From the NCBI GenBank assembly GCA_963665125.2, contig CAXXUK010000001.1, positions 2,464,001 to 2,528,000 of the forward strand: DNA of 64,000 bases, given 5' to 3'. Within the stretch, counting starts at the first letter, position 1; every line of letters begins with the position of its first letter. Position numbers and translations under genes: made by a program. Below the pieces are notes generated by a model that did no database searches, was not told the DNA's origin, and saw only the letters and a list, made by a program, of their open reading frames with translations. Of this stretch, positions 40,151 to 49,506 are shown in pieces. The stretch is from an uncultured Desulfarculus sp. (GTDB lineage: Bacteria; Desulfobacterota; Desulfarculia; Desulfarculales; Desulfarculaceae).

Positions 40151-41915
40151 TCCGTGCCCCGCGTCGTGGAACTGGTTTGACGTGCCCTTAGGCGAAAAAA
40201 ACAACGCCCCGCCTTCCCTTGCCGGAGAAGGTGTCATCGTAGTTGATTCCTCACTACGGATCATCGGGATTAACCTGACGGCCAAACATCTTCTGGGAGG
40301 CGTCATCGAGGTCGGCCAACACCTGCGGCCCGAGCAATTTTTCCAGGGCGCGGGCCAGCAGGAGGTTATTTCAGCCATAAGCGCGGCCATTAGCAGAGGT
40401 GAAAGCCGCCAGGGCATTCGTGCGCCGCTCACTGATTGCACGGGCCATACCTTCAGGGCCGAGATAGCAGCCAGCCCAATTATCAGCCAGTCCGGCGACG
40501 CCGAGGGGGCCATCTTCAACTTCCGGGACACGGATTTTTCTCCGATCAAAGACAACCGCTACGATCCGGAAGAGCGCCTGCCCAAGATGCCGCGCATGGC
40601 CTATTCCTCTTTGGTCGAAAACCTGGCCGAGGGCATTTTCACCATCAACACCCGCTGGCGGATCACGGCATTCAACCAGGCCGCCGAACGCATCACCGGA
40701 TACAGGCGTGATGAAGTCCTGGGCCGCCACTGCTGGGATATCTTCCGCTCCGACGTTTGCCAAAGCGGTTGCCCCTTGCGCAACACCCTTGAAACGGGCA
40801 TCACCCGCATGGACCAGGATGTGCGCATGGTCCACAAGGAGGGAGAAAAGCTGGCGGTCCTGGTAAACACCAGCGTGATCCGCGACGCCAGCGGCGCCGT
40901 GGCCGGGGCGGTGGAGTCGTTTCGGCCCCTCTCCGAGTTTGAACAGAGCGACACTTTGCCCGACAACGGAGCCACTTTCAGCGACATCATCGGCGTTTCC
41001 GAGCCCATGCAACGGCTGTTTCAAATGTTGCCGGATGTTGCGGCCAGCGAGGCCAGCGTGCTTTTGCAGGGAGAAAGCGGCACGGGCAAGGAGCTGTTCG
41101 CCAGGGCCATTCACCACAATTCACCGCGCAAAAAAGGGCCATTCGTGGCCGTGAACTGCTCGGCCCTGGCCGAAACCCTGCTGGAATCGGAGATGTTCGG
41201 CCATGAAAAGGCCGCCTTTACCGGTGCCGTGCGTTCCAAGGTGGGCCGTTTCGAGCTTGCCAGGGGCGGCACGCTGTTTCTCGATGAGATCGGCGATCTT
41301 AAACCGGAGCTGCAAGTAAAGCTGCTTCGTGTGTTGGAGCAACGGGTTTTTGAACGGGTGGGCGGTACGCGGCTGATCACCATGGACGCCCGCATCATCA
41401 GCGCCACCAACCGCGACCTCGGCCAGGCTCTCAGGGAAAATTATTTTCGCGAAGACCTGTTCTACCGTCTGCGCACCGTGCCCATGGTCTTGCCGCCCCT
41501 GCGCCAACGCGGCCAGGACATCCCCCTGCTGGTGCGGCACTTCATGGACAAGCTCAACATCAAATACGATAAACGTGTCCGTTCGGTAGACACAAAGGTC
41601 ATGAATATATTCATGAACTACGCCTGGCCCGGCAATGTCCGCGAGCTTGAACGGGTCATGGAACATGCCTTTGTCTTTGTAAAGGGCCCGGTAATCTTCC
41701 CGCACAACCTGCCCTCAATGGATGAATTCATCAAGGAACGAAGAGCCGAACCGGGCAACGAACTCCAACCGCGTCTGGACGGCAGCGGAGATGAGCGGCA
41801 AATCATTACGGAAGCCCTGCGCAAGACGGGGGGCAAGCGCCAGGAGGCCGCGGCCATGTTGGGCATCAGCCGAACGTCCCTTTGGCGGCGCATGAAAGCC
41901 CTTGGGCTCGACTGA
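40140..41915 (+). CDS. PAS-domain sigma-54-dependent enhancer-binding protein (Fis-type HTH)
   Basis: Two PAS-like domains, [55 protein letters not shown]. Confidence 0.94.
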   Translation: MHADPCPASWNWFDVPLGEKNNAPPSLAGEGVIVVDSSLRIIGINLTAKHLLGGVIEVGQHLRPEQFFQGAGQQEVISAISAAISRGESRQGIRAPLTDCTGHTFRAEIAASPIISQSGDAEGAIFNFRDTDFSPIKDNRYDPEERLPKMPRMAYSSLVENLAEGIFTINTRWRITAFNQAAERITGYRRDEVLGRHCWDIFRSDVCQSGCPLRNTLETGITRMDQDVRMVHKEGEKLAVLVNTSVIRDASGAVAGAVESFRPLSEFEQSDTLPDNGATFSDIIGVSEPMQRLFQMLPDVAASEASVLLQGESGTGKELFARAIHHNSPRKKGPFVAVNCSALAETLLESEMFGHEKAAFTGAVRSKVGRFELARGGTLFLDEIGDLKPELQVKLLRVLEQRVFERVGGTRLITMDARIISATNRDLGQALRENYFREDLFYRLRTVPMVLPPLRQRGQDIPLLVRHFMDKLNIKYDKRVRSVDTKVMNIFMNYAWPGNVRELERVMEHAFVFVKGPVIFPHNLPSMDEFIKERRAEPGNELQPRLDGSGDERQIITEALRKTGGKRQEAAAMLGISRTSLWRRMKALGLD

Positions 41916-41920
41916 CACTT

Positions 41921-41960
41921 ATGTTTCAATATGTTTCATATAGAAACATATTTGTTTCAT
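41921..41960 (+). promoter_or_regulatory. Candidate sigma-54 enhancer (UAS)
   Basis: Palindrome AATATGTTTC-ATATA-GAAACATATT (41928-41952) with additional TGTTTCA copies, ~170 nt upstream of a -24/-12 promoter. Confidence 0.65.
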
Positions 41961-42115
41961 TTGTTGTTTTTCGCTTTAATTGCGCGAAGTTAAAATCATA
42001 ACCCAACCGAATATCCCCGTGTTGACGGCCCACCTGTAACAAATCCTGTTTCAGGGTCGCGCACCCAACCGCCGCCAATCTTATATCCTCCAGTGTTTTC
42101 AATCGGTTATAACTA

Positions 42116-42130
42116 TGGCCCGGCTTTTGC
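42116..42130 (+). promoter_or_regulatory. Sigma-54 -24/-12 promoter of operon 2
   Basis: TGGCCC-GGCTT-TTGC with canonical GG-N10-GC spacing, ~55 nt before the nuoE-like start. Confidence 0.8.
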
Positions 42131-42186
42131 TCTAAAAATCACTAAAGCCACAGGCCCATAGGGCCAACTTAGTAAGGAGGAGCGCC

Positions 42187-42657
42187 GTGAGCCAACCAGC
42201 AGTAGCATTACAGCTGGATGAAATAATCGACCGGTATCCAGCAAAACCGGAATTTTTGATTTTTCTGTTGCAGGACATTCAGGCTGCCTTTGGCTTTGTT
42301 TCCAGGGAAGCCATGGAGTTGGTCTGCGACCACACCGGCGTGGCCCTGAGCCAGGCCTATTCCGTTGCCACATTTTATCAGTCGTTCAGCCTGGAGCCTA
42401 AAGGCGAGCACGAGATTCGTGTCTGCATGGGCACGGCCTGCCACCTCAAAGGCGCCGGACGCCTGGTTGACGCCATCGAACGGAGGATCGGCATTACGCC
42501 GGGCCAAACCACCGAAGACCTCAAGTTCAGCGTTGAAGCCGTCAACTGCCTTGGCGCCTGCGCCTTGGCCCCGGTGATGGTCGTCGATGAAGAATACATC
42601 CCCAGCGTAACGGCTAAGAAGCTGGACAAAATGTTGACCGAAAAGGCCAAGGACTAG
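42187..42657 (+). CDS. NuoE/HydC-like [2Fe-2S] subunit
   Basis: LQDIQ, VATFY..F, VCMGTACHLKG, VNCLGACALAPV; RBS AAGGAGG. Confidence 0.92.
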   Translation: MSQPAVALQLDEIIDRYPAKPEFLIFLLQDIQAAFGFVSREAMELVCDHTGVALSQAYSVATFYQSFSLEPKGEHEIRVCMGTACHLKGAGRLVDAIERRIGITPGQTTEDLKFSVEAVNCLGACALAPVMVVDEEYIPSVTAKKLDKMLTEKAKD

Positions 42658-42675
42658 GCCGTAAGCGAGGTTACC

Positions 42676-44576
42676 ATGGCCAAAGCATTCAGCATTGAAA
42701 ATTTAAATGATGTCCACGTGTCTTCACGCAAGGACTTGAACACGTTGCGTCAGGATATCCTGGACGCGCGCGATCCCGGCAGACCCCAAATTCTGGTCTG
42801 CCACGGTACGGGCTGTCAGGCCAACGGCAGTCCCAAGGTCACCGAGGCCCTCAAAGAAGCCGTCAAGGCGGCGAATCTCGACGTTGATGTAATCCCGACC
42901 ATAAAAACCACCGGCTGTCACGGATTCTGTTCCCGCGGACCGCTGGTGATCATCGAACCTGAAGGCATTTTTTACCAAAAGGTCAAGCCCACCGACGCAG
43001 AGGAAATCGTACAGACAACCCTGGTGCAGGGTCAGCCCGTCGAAAAACTGCTGTACAAGCATCCCAAGACCGACGAGCAACTGCTCAAGGTGGCCGACAT
43101 TCCGTTCTACAACCTGCAGCAGCGGGTGGTCTTGCGCCACATCGGTCATATCGACCCCACCGACATCCTCGACTCCATCGCGGCGGGCAGCTACCAGGCC
43201 CTGGCCAAGGCCCTGACCGAGATGACTCCCGAGCAGATCGCCGACGAGGTGCTCAAGAGCGGCCTCAGGGGCCGCGGCGGCGCGGGCTTCCCCACGGGCC
43301 GCAAATGGAAGACCGCCATCGAGGCATCCCAGGCAAGCGGCGATTCGGTCTATGTTGTCTGCAACGGCGACGAAGGCGACCCCGGCGCGTTCATGGACCG
43401 CACCGTCATGGAGGGCGACCCCCATGCCGTCCTCGAAGGCATGATCCTTGGCGCCTATGCCCTAGGCTCGCACCAGGGTTACATCTACGTGCGCGCCGAG
43501 TATCCGGTGGCCATCAAGCACCTGACCATCGCCATGGAACAGGCCCGGGCCATCGGGCTTTTGGGCGACAACATCATGGGCACCGGTTTCAGCTTTGACC
43601 TGCAAATCAACCGCGGAGCCGGCGCGTTCGTCTGCGGCGAGGAAACAGCCCTGATCCGCTCCATTGAGGGCAAGACGGGAACGCCCAAGCCTCGCCCGCC
43701 CTTCCCTGCGGTGAAAGGTCTTTTCGGCAAGCCCACCATTCTCAACAACGTTGAGAGCTGGGCCAACATATCCCAGATCATCGAAAACGGCGGCGAATGG
43801 TTTGCCGGAATCGGCGTGCCCAACAGCCCCGGCACCAAGGTCTTCTCCCTGGTCGGCAAGGTCAACAACGTCGGCTTGGTCGAGGTGCCCATGGGCGTGC
43901 CCATGGACTATATCGTCGAGGAGATCGGCGGCGGCGTGCCCGGCGGCAAGCAGTTCAAGGCCGTGCAGACCGGCGGTCCGTCCGGCGGCTGCATCCCTTA
44001 CTCGCTCAAGGATATTCCCGTTGACTTCGACTCGCTGACCAAGGCCGGCTTTATGATGGGTTCCGGCGGTATGATCGTCATGGACGACCGCGACTGCATG
44101 GTCGACGTGGCCCGCTACTTCCTGGGCTTCTTGGAGGAAGAATCCTGCGGCAAGTGCATGCCCTGCCGTCTGGGCGTACCCGGCTTAGGGAAATCCTTAT
44201 CGAAATCAGCGAGGGCCGAGGCAAGGAAGAGCACCTCGACGCCATCGAAAGTCTGGCCATGGCGGTCAAGGACGGCTCCCTGTGCGCCCTGGGCGGCAGC
44301 GCGCCCAACCCTGTACTGACCACGGTTAAATACTTCCGTGACGAATATCTGGCCCATATCAACGACCACAAGTGCCCGGCAGGTGTCTGCAAGGCCCTGA
44401 TCACCTTCAGCATCGACCAGGACAAGTGCACCGGTTGCGGCGCATGCGCCAGGCTGTGCCCCCAGGAAGCGATTTCCGGCGAAAAGAAAAAGCCGCATGT
44501 CGTGGACGAGGCCGCCTGCATCCGTTGCGGGATTTGTTTCGACACTTGCAAGTTCGACGCGGTGGTTATCAGTTAG
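42676..44576 (+). pseudogene. NuoF/HydB-like FMN/NADH-binding subunit, interrupted by a one-base frameshift at ~44177 (real lesion or sequencing error)
   Basis: N-terminal [2Fe-2S] domain, SGLRGRGGAGF, NGDEGDPGAFMDR, GAGAFVCGEETAL, GGPSGG, ESCGKCMPCRLGV; the homologous continuation TRLREIL...SLCALG...HINDHKCPAGVC plus 2x[4Fe-4S] lies in the -1 frame, ending at 44576. Confidence 0.85.
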
Positions 44577-44615
44577 CCGGCGCAAGGCCCTCTTACAGCC
44601 AATGGAGGCTTTGTA

Positions 44616-45221
44616 ATGATCAAATTCAAGATCAACGACACGGTGGTCGAGGCCCAGCCCGGCTGGACAGTGCTGGATACGGCCCGCCACTATGGGATCG
44701 ATATACCAACCCTTTGCTATCATGAATCAGTGATGCCCTCCGGTGCCTGCCGCATGTGCGTGGTGGAGTTGAAAACCGACGCCTTCACCAGAATCGTGGC
44801 CAGTTGCATGTATCCGGTGGCCGACGGCATCAAGATATATACGGATTCCGAGCGCGTGCACAATGTGCGGCGCTGGATTCTGGAGATGCTGCTGAGCCAG
44901 TGCCCCGCGGCCGCTGAAGTCAAAAAGCTGGCTGCCGAGTACGGCGTCACCGACACCCGCTTCAAAATCCACGATCCCGACGAAGACTGCCTCATGTGCG
45001 GCCTGTGCGTGCGGGTATGCCGGGAAGTCGTCGGGGCCGAGGCCATTGACACGGTTGGACGCGGCGCCCACAAAAAAATCGCCGCTCCGTTCATGCAGCC
45101 GACCGATGCCTGCGTGGCCTGCGGAAGCTGCCTGACAGTATGCCCCACGGGCGCCATGGCCCGGCGTTTCAACAGCGTACGCGGTAACCCCAAGGTCGTC
45201 TTGGGCCAAAACGCCCGATAA
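44616..45221 (+). CDS. NuoG N-terminal/HoxU-like FeS subunit ([2Fe-2S] + 2x[4Fe-4S]), no catalytic domain
   Basis: IPTLCYH...GACRMCVVE...VASC, CLMCGLCVRVC, CVACGSCLTVCPTGA; only 201 aa. Confidence 0.9.
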   Translation: MIKFKINDTVVEAQPGWTVLDTARHYGIDIPTLCYHESVMPSGACRMCVVELKTDAFTRIVASCMYPVADGIKIYTDSERVHNVRRWILEMLLSQCPAAAEVKKLAAEYGVTDTRFKIHDPDEDCLMCGLCVRVCREVVGAEAIDTVGRGAHKKIAAPFMQPTDACVACGSCLTVCPTGAMARRFNSVRGNPKVVLGQNAR

Positions 45222-45238
45222 GGTAAAGGAGGATAGCC

Positions 45239-47671
45239 ATGAGCAATAATCCCAAAATCGGAGTCTTCCTCTGCCAATGCGGCCAACGTATCGCTCCCAA
45301 GGTCAGTCTGCCCAAACTCTACGATATGCTCTTGGGCGCTGAGAACGTAGCCCATTGCCAAATCGTGCCCTACACCTGTCAGGCCCCCGGCCTGGCCGAG
45401 GTAAGGCAGGCCGTGACGCAAAACAGCCTGGACCGTATCGTCGTGGCCGGTTGCGAAGGCCGCCTGATGACCAAAAAGTTCGAGAAGGAACTGGAAGACC
45501 TGGGCATCCGCAAAGGCCAGGTTGAGGTCGTCAACCTCCGCGACCACGTGGCCGCGTCCAACGACCTCGAGCCGGACGCAAGGGCGGACAAGGCCTTCAA
45601 GCTGATTAAGGCGGCGGTGGCCGGCCAGGCCAACCTCGCGCCCAGCGATGACCTCAAAGTCGAGATGAACGGTCCGGTCATGATCCTCGGCGGCGGCATC
45701 GCCAGCTACGCGGCGGCCCATGAACTGGCCGGCCGGGGCATCGAAACTATCATGACCGCCTACACCGACAACACCTGGGACGAAATTCGCATGCTCCACG
45801 AGCATTATCCCGGTGAGCGGTACTACTATCCCCAGCTTGAAAAAGTCATGCAGGAGGTCCAGGAAAGCCCCAAGGTGCGCCACATCACCACCGGAGAACT
45901 CACCGGCTTGGTTGGACGCACCGGCAACTATACCGTGACCTTTGCCAATCCCGAGGGCGGTCCGCCACGGACATACCAGGCCTCGGCGGTGCTGGCCTGT
46001 CTTGACGGCGAAATGCTCAACCAGGGCAGCGATTTCGGTCATGACGGCAAATCCGTCATTTGCCACACCGAGGCCGAGGAAATGTTCTGGACCAGGGGCG
46101 TCCCCAAGGGCCGCTATGTCTTCTGGATCAACGACTATGAGGCCGGAATCAGCCAATATTCCTATCTCTCGGCCCGTTCGGCCTGGAACATGGCCCGCTA
46201 TGTCCGCGAAAACAACATATTGGCCGAGGTCACCATCCTGTACAACCAAAGCATGCAGGTTCCGCTGTCGGCCGGCGAACGCAAACTTTGCCGTGACCTG
46301 GACATCACTTGGCTGCCCTATGACGGGGCCCTGCGGCCCACGGTGCAATCGGGCTATATCACCTATTGCGATCCGGCTGACAACACCGAAAAGGAAGTGC
46401 TTTGGGACAAGTTGATCCTCAGCCCCCGCCGTAGCGTGGGCTTGGAGGCCACCCGCGTGGCCGAAATCCTGGGCCTGCACATTGAAAAGGGCGGCTTCCT
46501 GCAACGTCACCACGTCAAGGTCAAACCTGAAATGCACGGCCGCGACGAGACCCCCCTGGCCGGAAGCGCATCCTATCCCTGCGATCTGCCCGAAGCCGTA
46601 CGTCAAGGCCGCCGTATAGCCCAGCAGGCCGCCGAACTGGTGGAACTGGCTGCCGAGGGCAAGCTCGTTGCCCCGCGCATGATCTGCGTGGTGGATGACT
46701 CCAAGTGCATCGGCTGCGGTCTTTGCAAGGAAATCTGTGAGTGCGGCGGCATTGAGCCGGTGGACGGACCAGGCGGCAACACGCCCCGGCACGTTGACCC
46801 CATGCTCTGCACCGGAGGCGGCACCTGCGCCGCTGCCTGCCCCTACCACGCCCTGTCCCTGCAGAACAACACCACACTGCAGAGGGAGGCAAGATCCTCT
46901 GAGCTGGCCAAGATGCTGGCCGAAAACGAGGTATTGGCTTGGGGTTGCGCCTGGGGCGGCCAAGCGGCGGCGGATAACGCCGGGATCAAGGGCCTGTTAA
47001 CCGACGAGCGTATGTACATGCTGCCCGTGGGCTGCATAGGCCAGCTTGACCCCATCGTTTTGGCCAGGGCCTTCCTGGACGGCGCCAACGGCGTCCTGCT
47101 CCTGGGCTGCCCGCCCGAGAGTTGTCACCATTCCTATGGACTGGACCACTCCTGGAGCCGCGTAACGCTCATTAAAAAGCTCCTGGGCCTGTGCGGCTTC
47201 GATCGGCGCCGTATTGCCCTGGCCCACTGTGACATGAGCCAGTTGGAGGCATTTACCCGTACGGTCAAGTCCTTCTGCAACACCATTGAAGCGTTGGGTC
47301 CCATAGAGCGCACCCCGGAAAACATGGAAAAACTCCAGGGCATCTATGACACGGTCAACAACTCCAGGGTCCGCTGGGTCCTGGGCGCCAGCCTGCGCCG
47401 GCCGTGGGAAGATGTCTACCCTGGCGACCAGCGCAACGCCCTGGTCTACGACCGCGACCTGATGGGCGTAATCAGCGAGGAATTCATCTCCAGCCGGGTG
47501 CGCCGGGTGATGAGCGCCCAAGGCAGGCCGCTGCACCTTAGCGAACTCACCCAAGCCATTGGTGAAAAGCAAGAGGCAGTAATGGACAGTCTGCGGGAAA
47601 TGGTGGCCGAGGGCCTGATCAGCCGCCAGCACAAGGAAGGCGAAGCCTACTACGCCATCCCGCAAAAGTAG
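45239..47671 (+). CDS. Degenerate HdrA-like protein fused to ferredoxin, MvhD-like and C-terminal winged-helix-like domains
   Basis: KIGVFLCQCG...RIVVAGC...VNLRDH HdrA N-terminus, ILGGGIA, CIGCGLCKEIC, CTGGGTCAAACP, MvhD-like GCAWGG.AAADNAG...VGCIGQLD...FLDGANGVLLLGCPPESCHH, tail LHLSELTQAIG...LREMVAEGLI. Confidence 0.85.
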   Translation: MSNNPKIGVFLCQCGQRIAPKVSLPKLYDMLLGAENVAHCQIVPYTCQAPGLAEVRQAVTQNSLDRIVVAGCEGRLMTKKFEKELEDLGIRKGQVEVVNLRDHVAASNDLEPDARADKAFKLIKAAVAGQANLAPSDDLKVEMNGPVMILGGGIASYAAAHELAGRGIETIMTAYTDNTWDEIRMLHEHYPGERYYYPQLEKVMQEVQESPKVRHITTGELTGLVGRTGNYTVTFANPEGGPPRTYQASAVLACLDGEMLNQGSDFGHDGKSVICHTEAEEMFWTRGVPKGRYVFWINDYEAGISQYSYLSARSAWNMARYVRENNILAEVTILYNQSMQVPLSAGERKLCRDLDITWLPYDGALRPTVQSGYITYCDPADNTEKEVLWDKLILSPRRSVGLEATRVAEILGLHIEKGGFLQRHHVKVKPEMHGRDETPLAGSASYPCDLPEAVRQGRRIAQQAAELVELAAEGKLVAPRMICVVDDSKCIGCGLCKEICECGGIEPVDGPGGNTPRHVDPMLCTGGGTCAAACPYHALSLQNNTTLQREARSSELAKMLAENEVLAWGCAWGGQAAADNAGIKGLLTDERMYMLPVGCIGQLDPIVLARAFLDGANGVLLLGCPPESCHHSYGLDHSWSRVTLIKKLLGLCGFDRRRIALAHCDMSQLEAFTRTVKSFCNTIEALGPIERTPENMEKLQGIYDTVNNSRVRWVLGASLRRPWEDVYPGDQRNALVYDRDLMGVISEEFISSRVRRVMSAQGRPLHLSELTQAIGEKQEAVMDSLREMVAEGLISRQHKEGEAYYAIPQK

Positions 47672-47811
47672 TAATATTAGCCGTCGAAACCTGGGGCCAA
47701 CCGCCCCGGGTAGCTCCCGCCGGCCCCGGTTTCTGGTTGTGGCTTGCCAGAGGCCGGGGCTTGGCTTATTCTTAGGCCTACATCATTATTCGCACCTGCC
47801 GCTGACGAGAG

Positions 47812-48264
47812 ATGCCCATGGATGACAAAGACAAGGCCATACTTCGCAAGATTCAATCAAAGCTGCCCATAGACGAACGGCCCTTTGCCAAGCTGGGCCA
47901 GAATCTTGGATTGAGTGAAGACGAGGTGCTGTCGCGCGTGGCGGCCATGAAAAAAAGCGGCGTTATCAGGCGTATAGGCGGCAATTTCAACAGCTCCAGC
48001 CTGGGGTTTGCCGCCACACTATGCGGGGCCAAGGTGCCGGATGATAAATTTGAGGAATTTGTCAAGGCCGTTAACGCCCACCACGGCGTCACCCACAACT
48101 ACCGCCGCAGCCACGAATACAACTGCTGGTTCACGTTCATCGCGCCTACCATGCAGGACATAGAACGGCATTTGGCCTTACTGTCTGAAAATACGGGCGT
48201 CTACGACATCTGCAGTATGCCGTCCATGGAAATGTTCAAGATAAAGGTTGATTTCCCGGTGTAG
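47812..48264 (+). CDS. ahbA: Siroheme decarboxylase subunit alpha (Lrp/AsnC-like fold)
   Basis: DKAIL..IQ..LPI..RPF, GVIRRIGGNF, LCGAKVP, GVTHNYRRSHEYNCWFTFIAP. Confidence 0.85.
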   Translation: MPMDDKDKAILRKIQSKLPIDERPFAKLGQNLGLSEDEVLSRVAAMKKSGVIRRIGGNFNSSSLGFAATLCGAKVPDDKFEEFVKAVNAHHGVTHNYRRSHEYNCWFTFIAPTMQDIERHLALLSENTGVYDICSMPSMEMFKIKVDFPV

Positions 48265-48274
48265 GATCGAAGCG

Positions 48275-48667
48275 TCAGCCGACCCTGGCCCGTAGGGCTT
48301 CTAGGGCCAGGCTGGCCTGATTTCTCTGGCGCTTGGCCGCCTGCTCGACCTTGTTTTTCAAAAAAAAGTACAGGTCTTCTACATCCTGGCCGGTAAGCAT
48401 GTCCACGAGGGTGGTGACCTGGGCGCCCAGGTCGTCGGTTCCCGGAGGCCCGTTTTCCCACACGATCTGTTCGGCGGTGATGCCGCAAAGGTGGGCAGCC
48501 TTTTCAAGGACCCTGTCCGGAGCCAAGCGCTTGCCGGTTTCATAGCGGTTGTATTGGGCCTGACTCAGGCCCAACTCCGCCGCGAATTGGGCCTGTGTAC
48601 GCAATGCGCGCAGCTGTTTGAGCCGAAACCCTACTTTAGAGGCTATTATTTCGTGGGTTTCTCGCAT
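48275..48667 (-). CDS. XRE family HTH regulator
   Basis: RLKQLR...TQAQFAAELGLSQAQYNRYETGKRL. Confidence 0.85.
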   Translation of the reverse strand: MRETHEIIASKVGFRLKQLRALRTQAQFAAELGLSQAQYNRYETGKRLAPDRVLEKAAHLCGITAEQIVWENGPPGTDDLGAQVTTLVDMLTGQDVEDLYFFLKNKVEQAAKRQRNQASLALEALRARVG

Positions 48668-48723
48668 AATTCAGCGGATCCGCCCTTTTAGTGGAGCCAA
48701 CCCGCCCGCACCTCTTTCATGGT

Positions 48724-49500
48724 TTAGAACAGGCTGTAGGCGCCATCAATAAGCAAATCGTCGCCACTGTGGTAGGCACTGGCGTCACTGGCCAGATACA
48801 CGGCCACCGCACCGAAATCCTCCGGCAGGCCCCAACGCCGCTGGGGTATGCGCGGCATCACGGCTTTGGCGAACTTTTCCCAACGGAACAAAGGGGCGGT
48901 CATGGGAGTGTCGATCCAGCCGGGAACAATGGCGTTGGCCCTGATCCCATAACGTGCGTATTCCACTGCCAGGCTGCGGATCATGGATAAGACCCCTCCT
49001 TTGGAGGAGGCGTAATGCTCACCCCTGGGCTGGCCCTGGTGGGCGGACAGGCTGCTTGTAACCACTAGGGAACCGCCGCGGCCCGCTTCGAGCATCTGCT
49101 TGATGGCGGCACGGAATGTAAGAAATACGCCGTCAAGGTTGACCGAGGTGATTTCCCGCCACTCCGTGGTAGTCATTTCATGAAAAGCCGTGCCCCGCGA
49201 AGGAACTCCGGCGTTGGCAAAACATGAATCCACCGGGCCCAATTCGGCCAGGCATTGGTCAAAGGCGGCCGTCAGTTTTTGTTCATCGGACACATCGCAT
49301 TGCAGGGCCAAGACCTTGCCGCCATGGGCGGCCAACTTGTCGTAAGCGGCGTCGAGCTTTTGCTGGTCGCGACCGATTATACAGACACTGGCGCCGGCCT
49401 CGGCCAAGGCGTCGGCCATTCCCAGGCCGATGCCGCTGTTGCCGCCGGTGACCATGGCCACTTTTCCGTCTAGGTTGAATTTAGTCATGAGCTGTTTCAA
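48724..49500 (-). CDS. SDR family oxidoreductase
   Basis: TGGNSGIG, NAG, YASSK, NAIVPGWIDT; start may be ATG 49488. Confidence 0.93.
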   Translation of the reverse strand: MKQLMTKFNLDGKVAMVTGGNSGIGLGMADALAEAGASVCIIGRDQQKLDAAYDKLAAHGGKVLALQCDVSDEQKLTAAFDQCLAELGPVDSCFANAGVPSRGTAFHEMTTTEWREITSVNLDGVFLTFRAAIKQMLEAGRGGSLVVTSSLSAHQGQPRGEHYASSKGGVLSMIRSLAVEYARYGIRANAIVPGWIDTPMTAPLFRWEKFAKAVMPRIPQRRWGLPEDFGAVAVYLASDASAYHSGDDLLIDGAYSLF

Positions 49501-49506
49501 TCGATT

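Noticed and set aside
44154..44576. 140-aa ORF as an independent ferredoxin, or a programmed -1 frameshift
   Set aside because: It is the C-terminus of the NuoF-like protein. It has no RBS, and there is no X XXY YYZ slippery site at the junction.
42187..45221. Respiratory complex I or an [FeFe]-hydrogenase operon
   Set aside because: No nuoA-D or nuoH-N genes and no H-cluster motifs; the NuoG-like protein is only 201 aa.
47812..48264. Lrp/AsnC transcription regulator
   Set aside because: RRIGGNF and GVTHNY.R.H.YN.WFT motifs plus nearby ahbD fit siroheme decarboxylase AhbA better.
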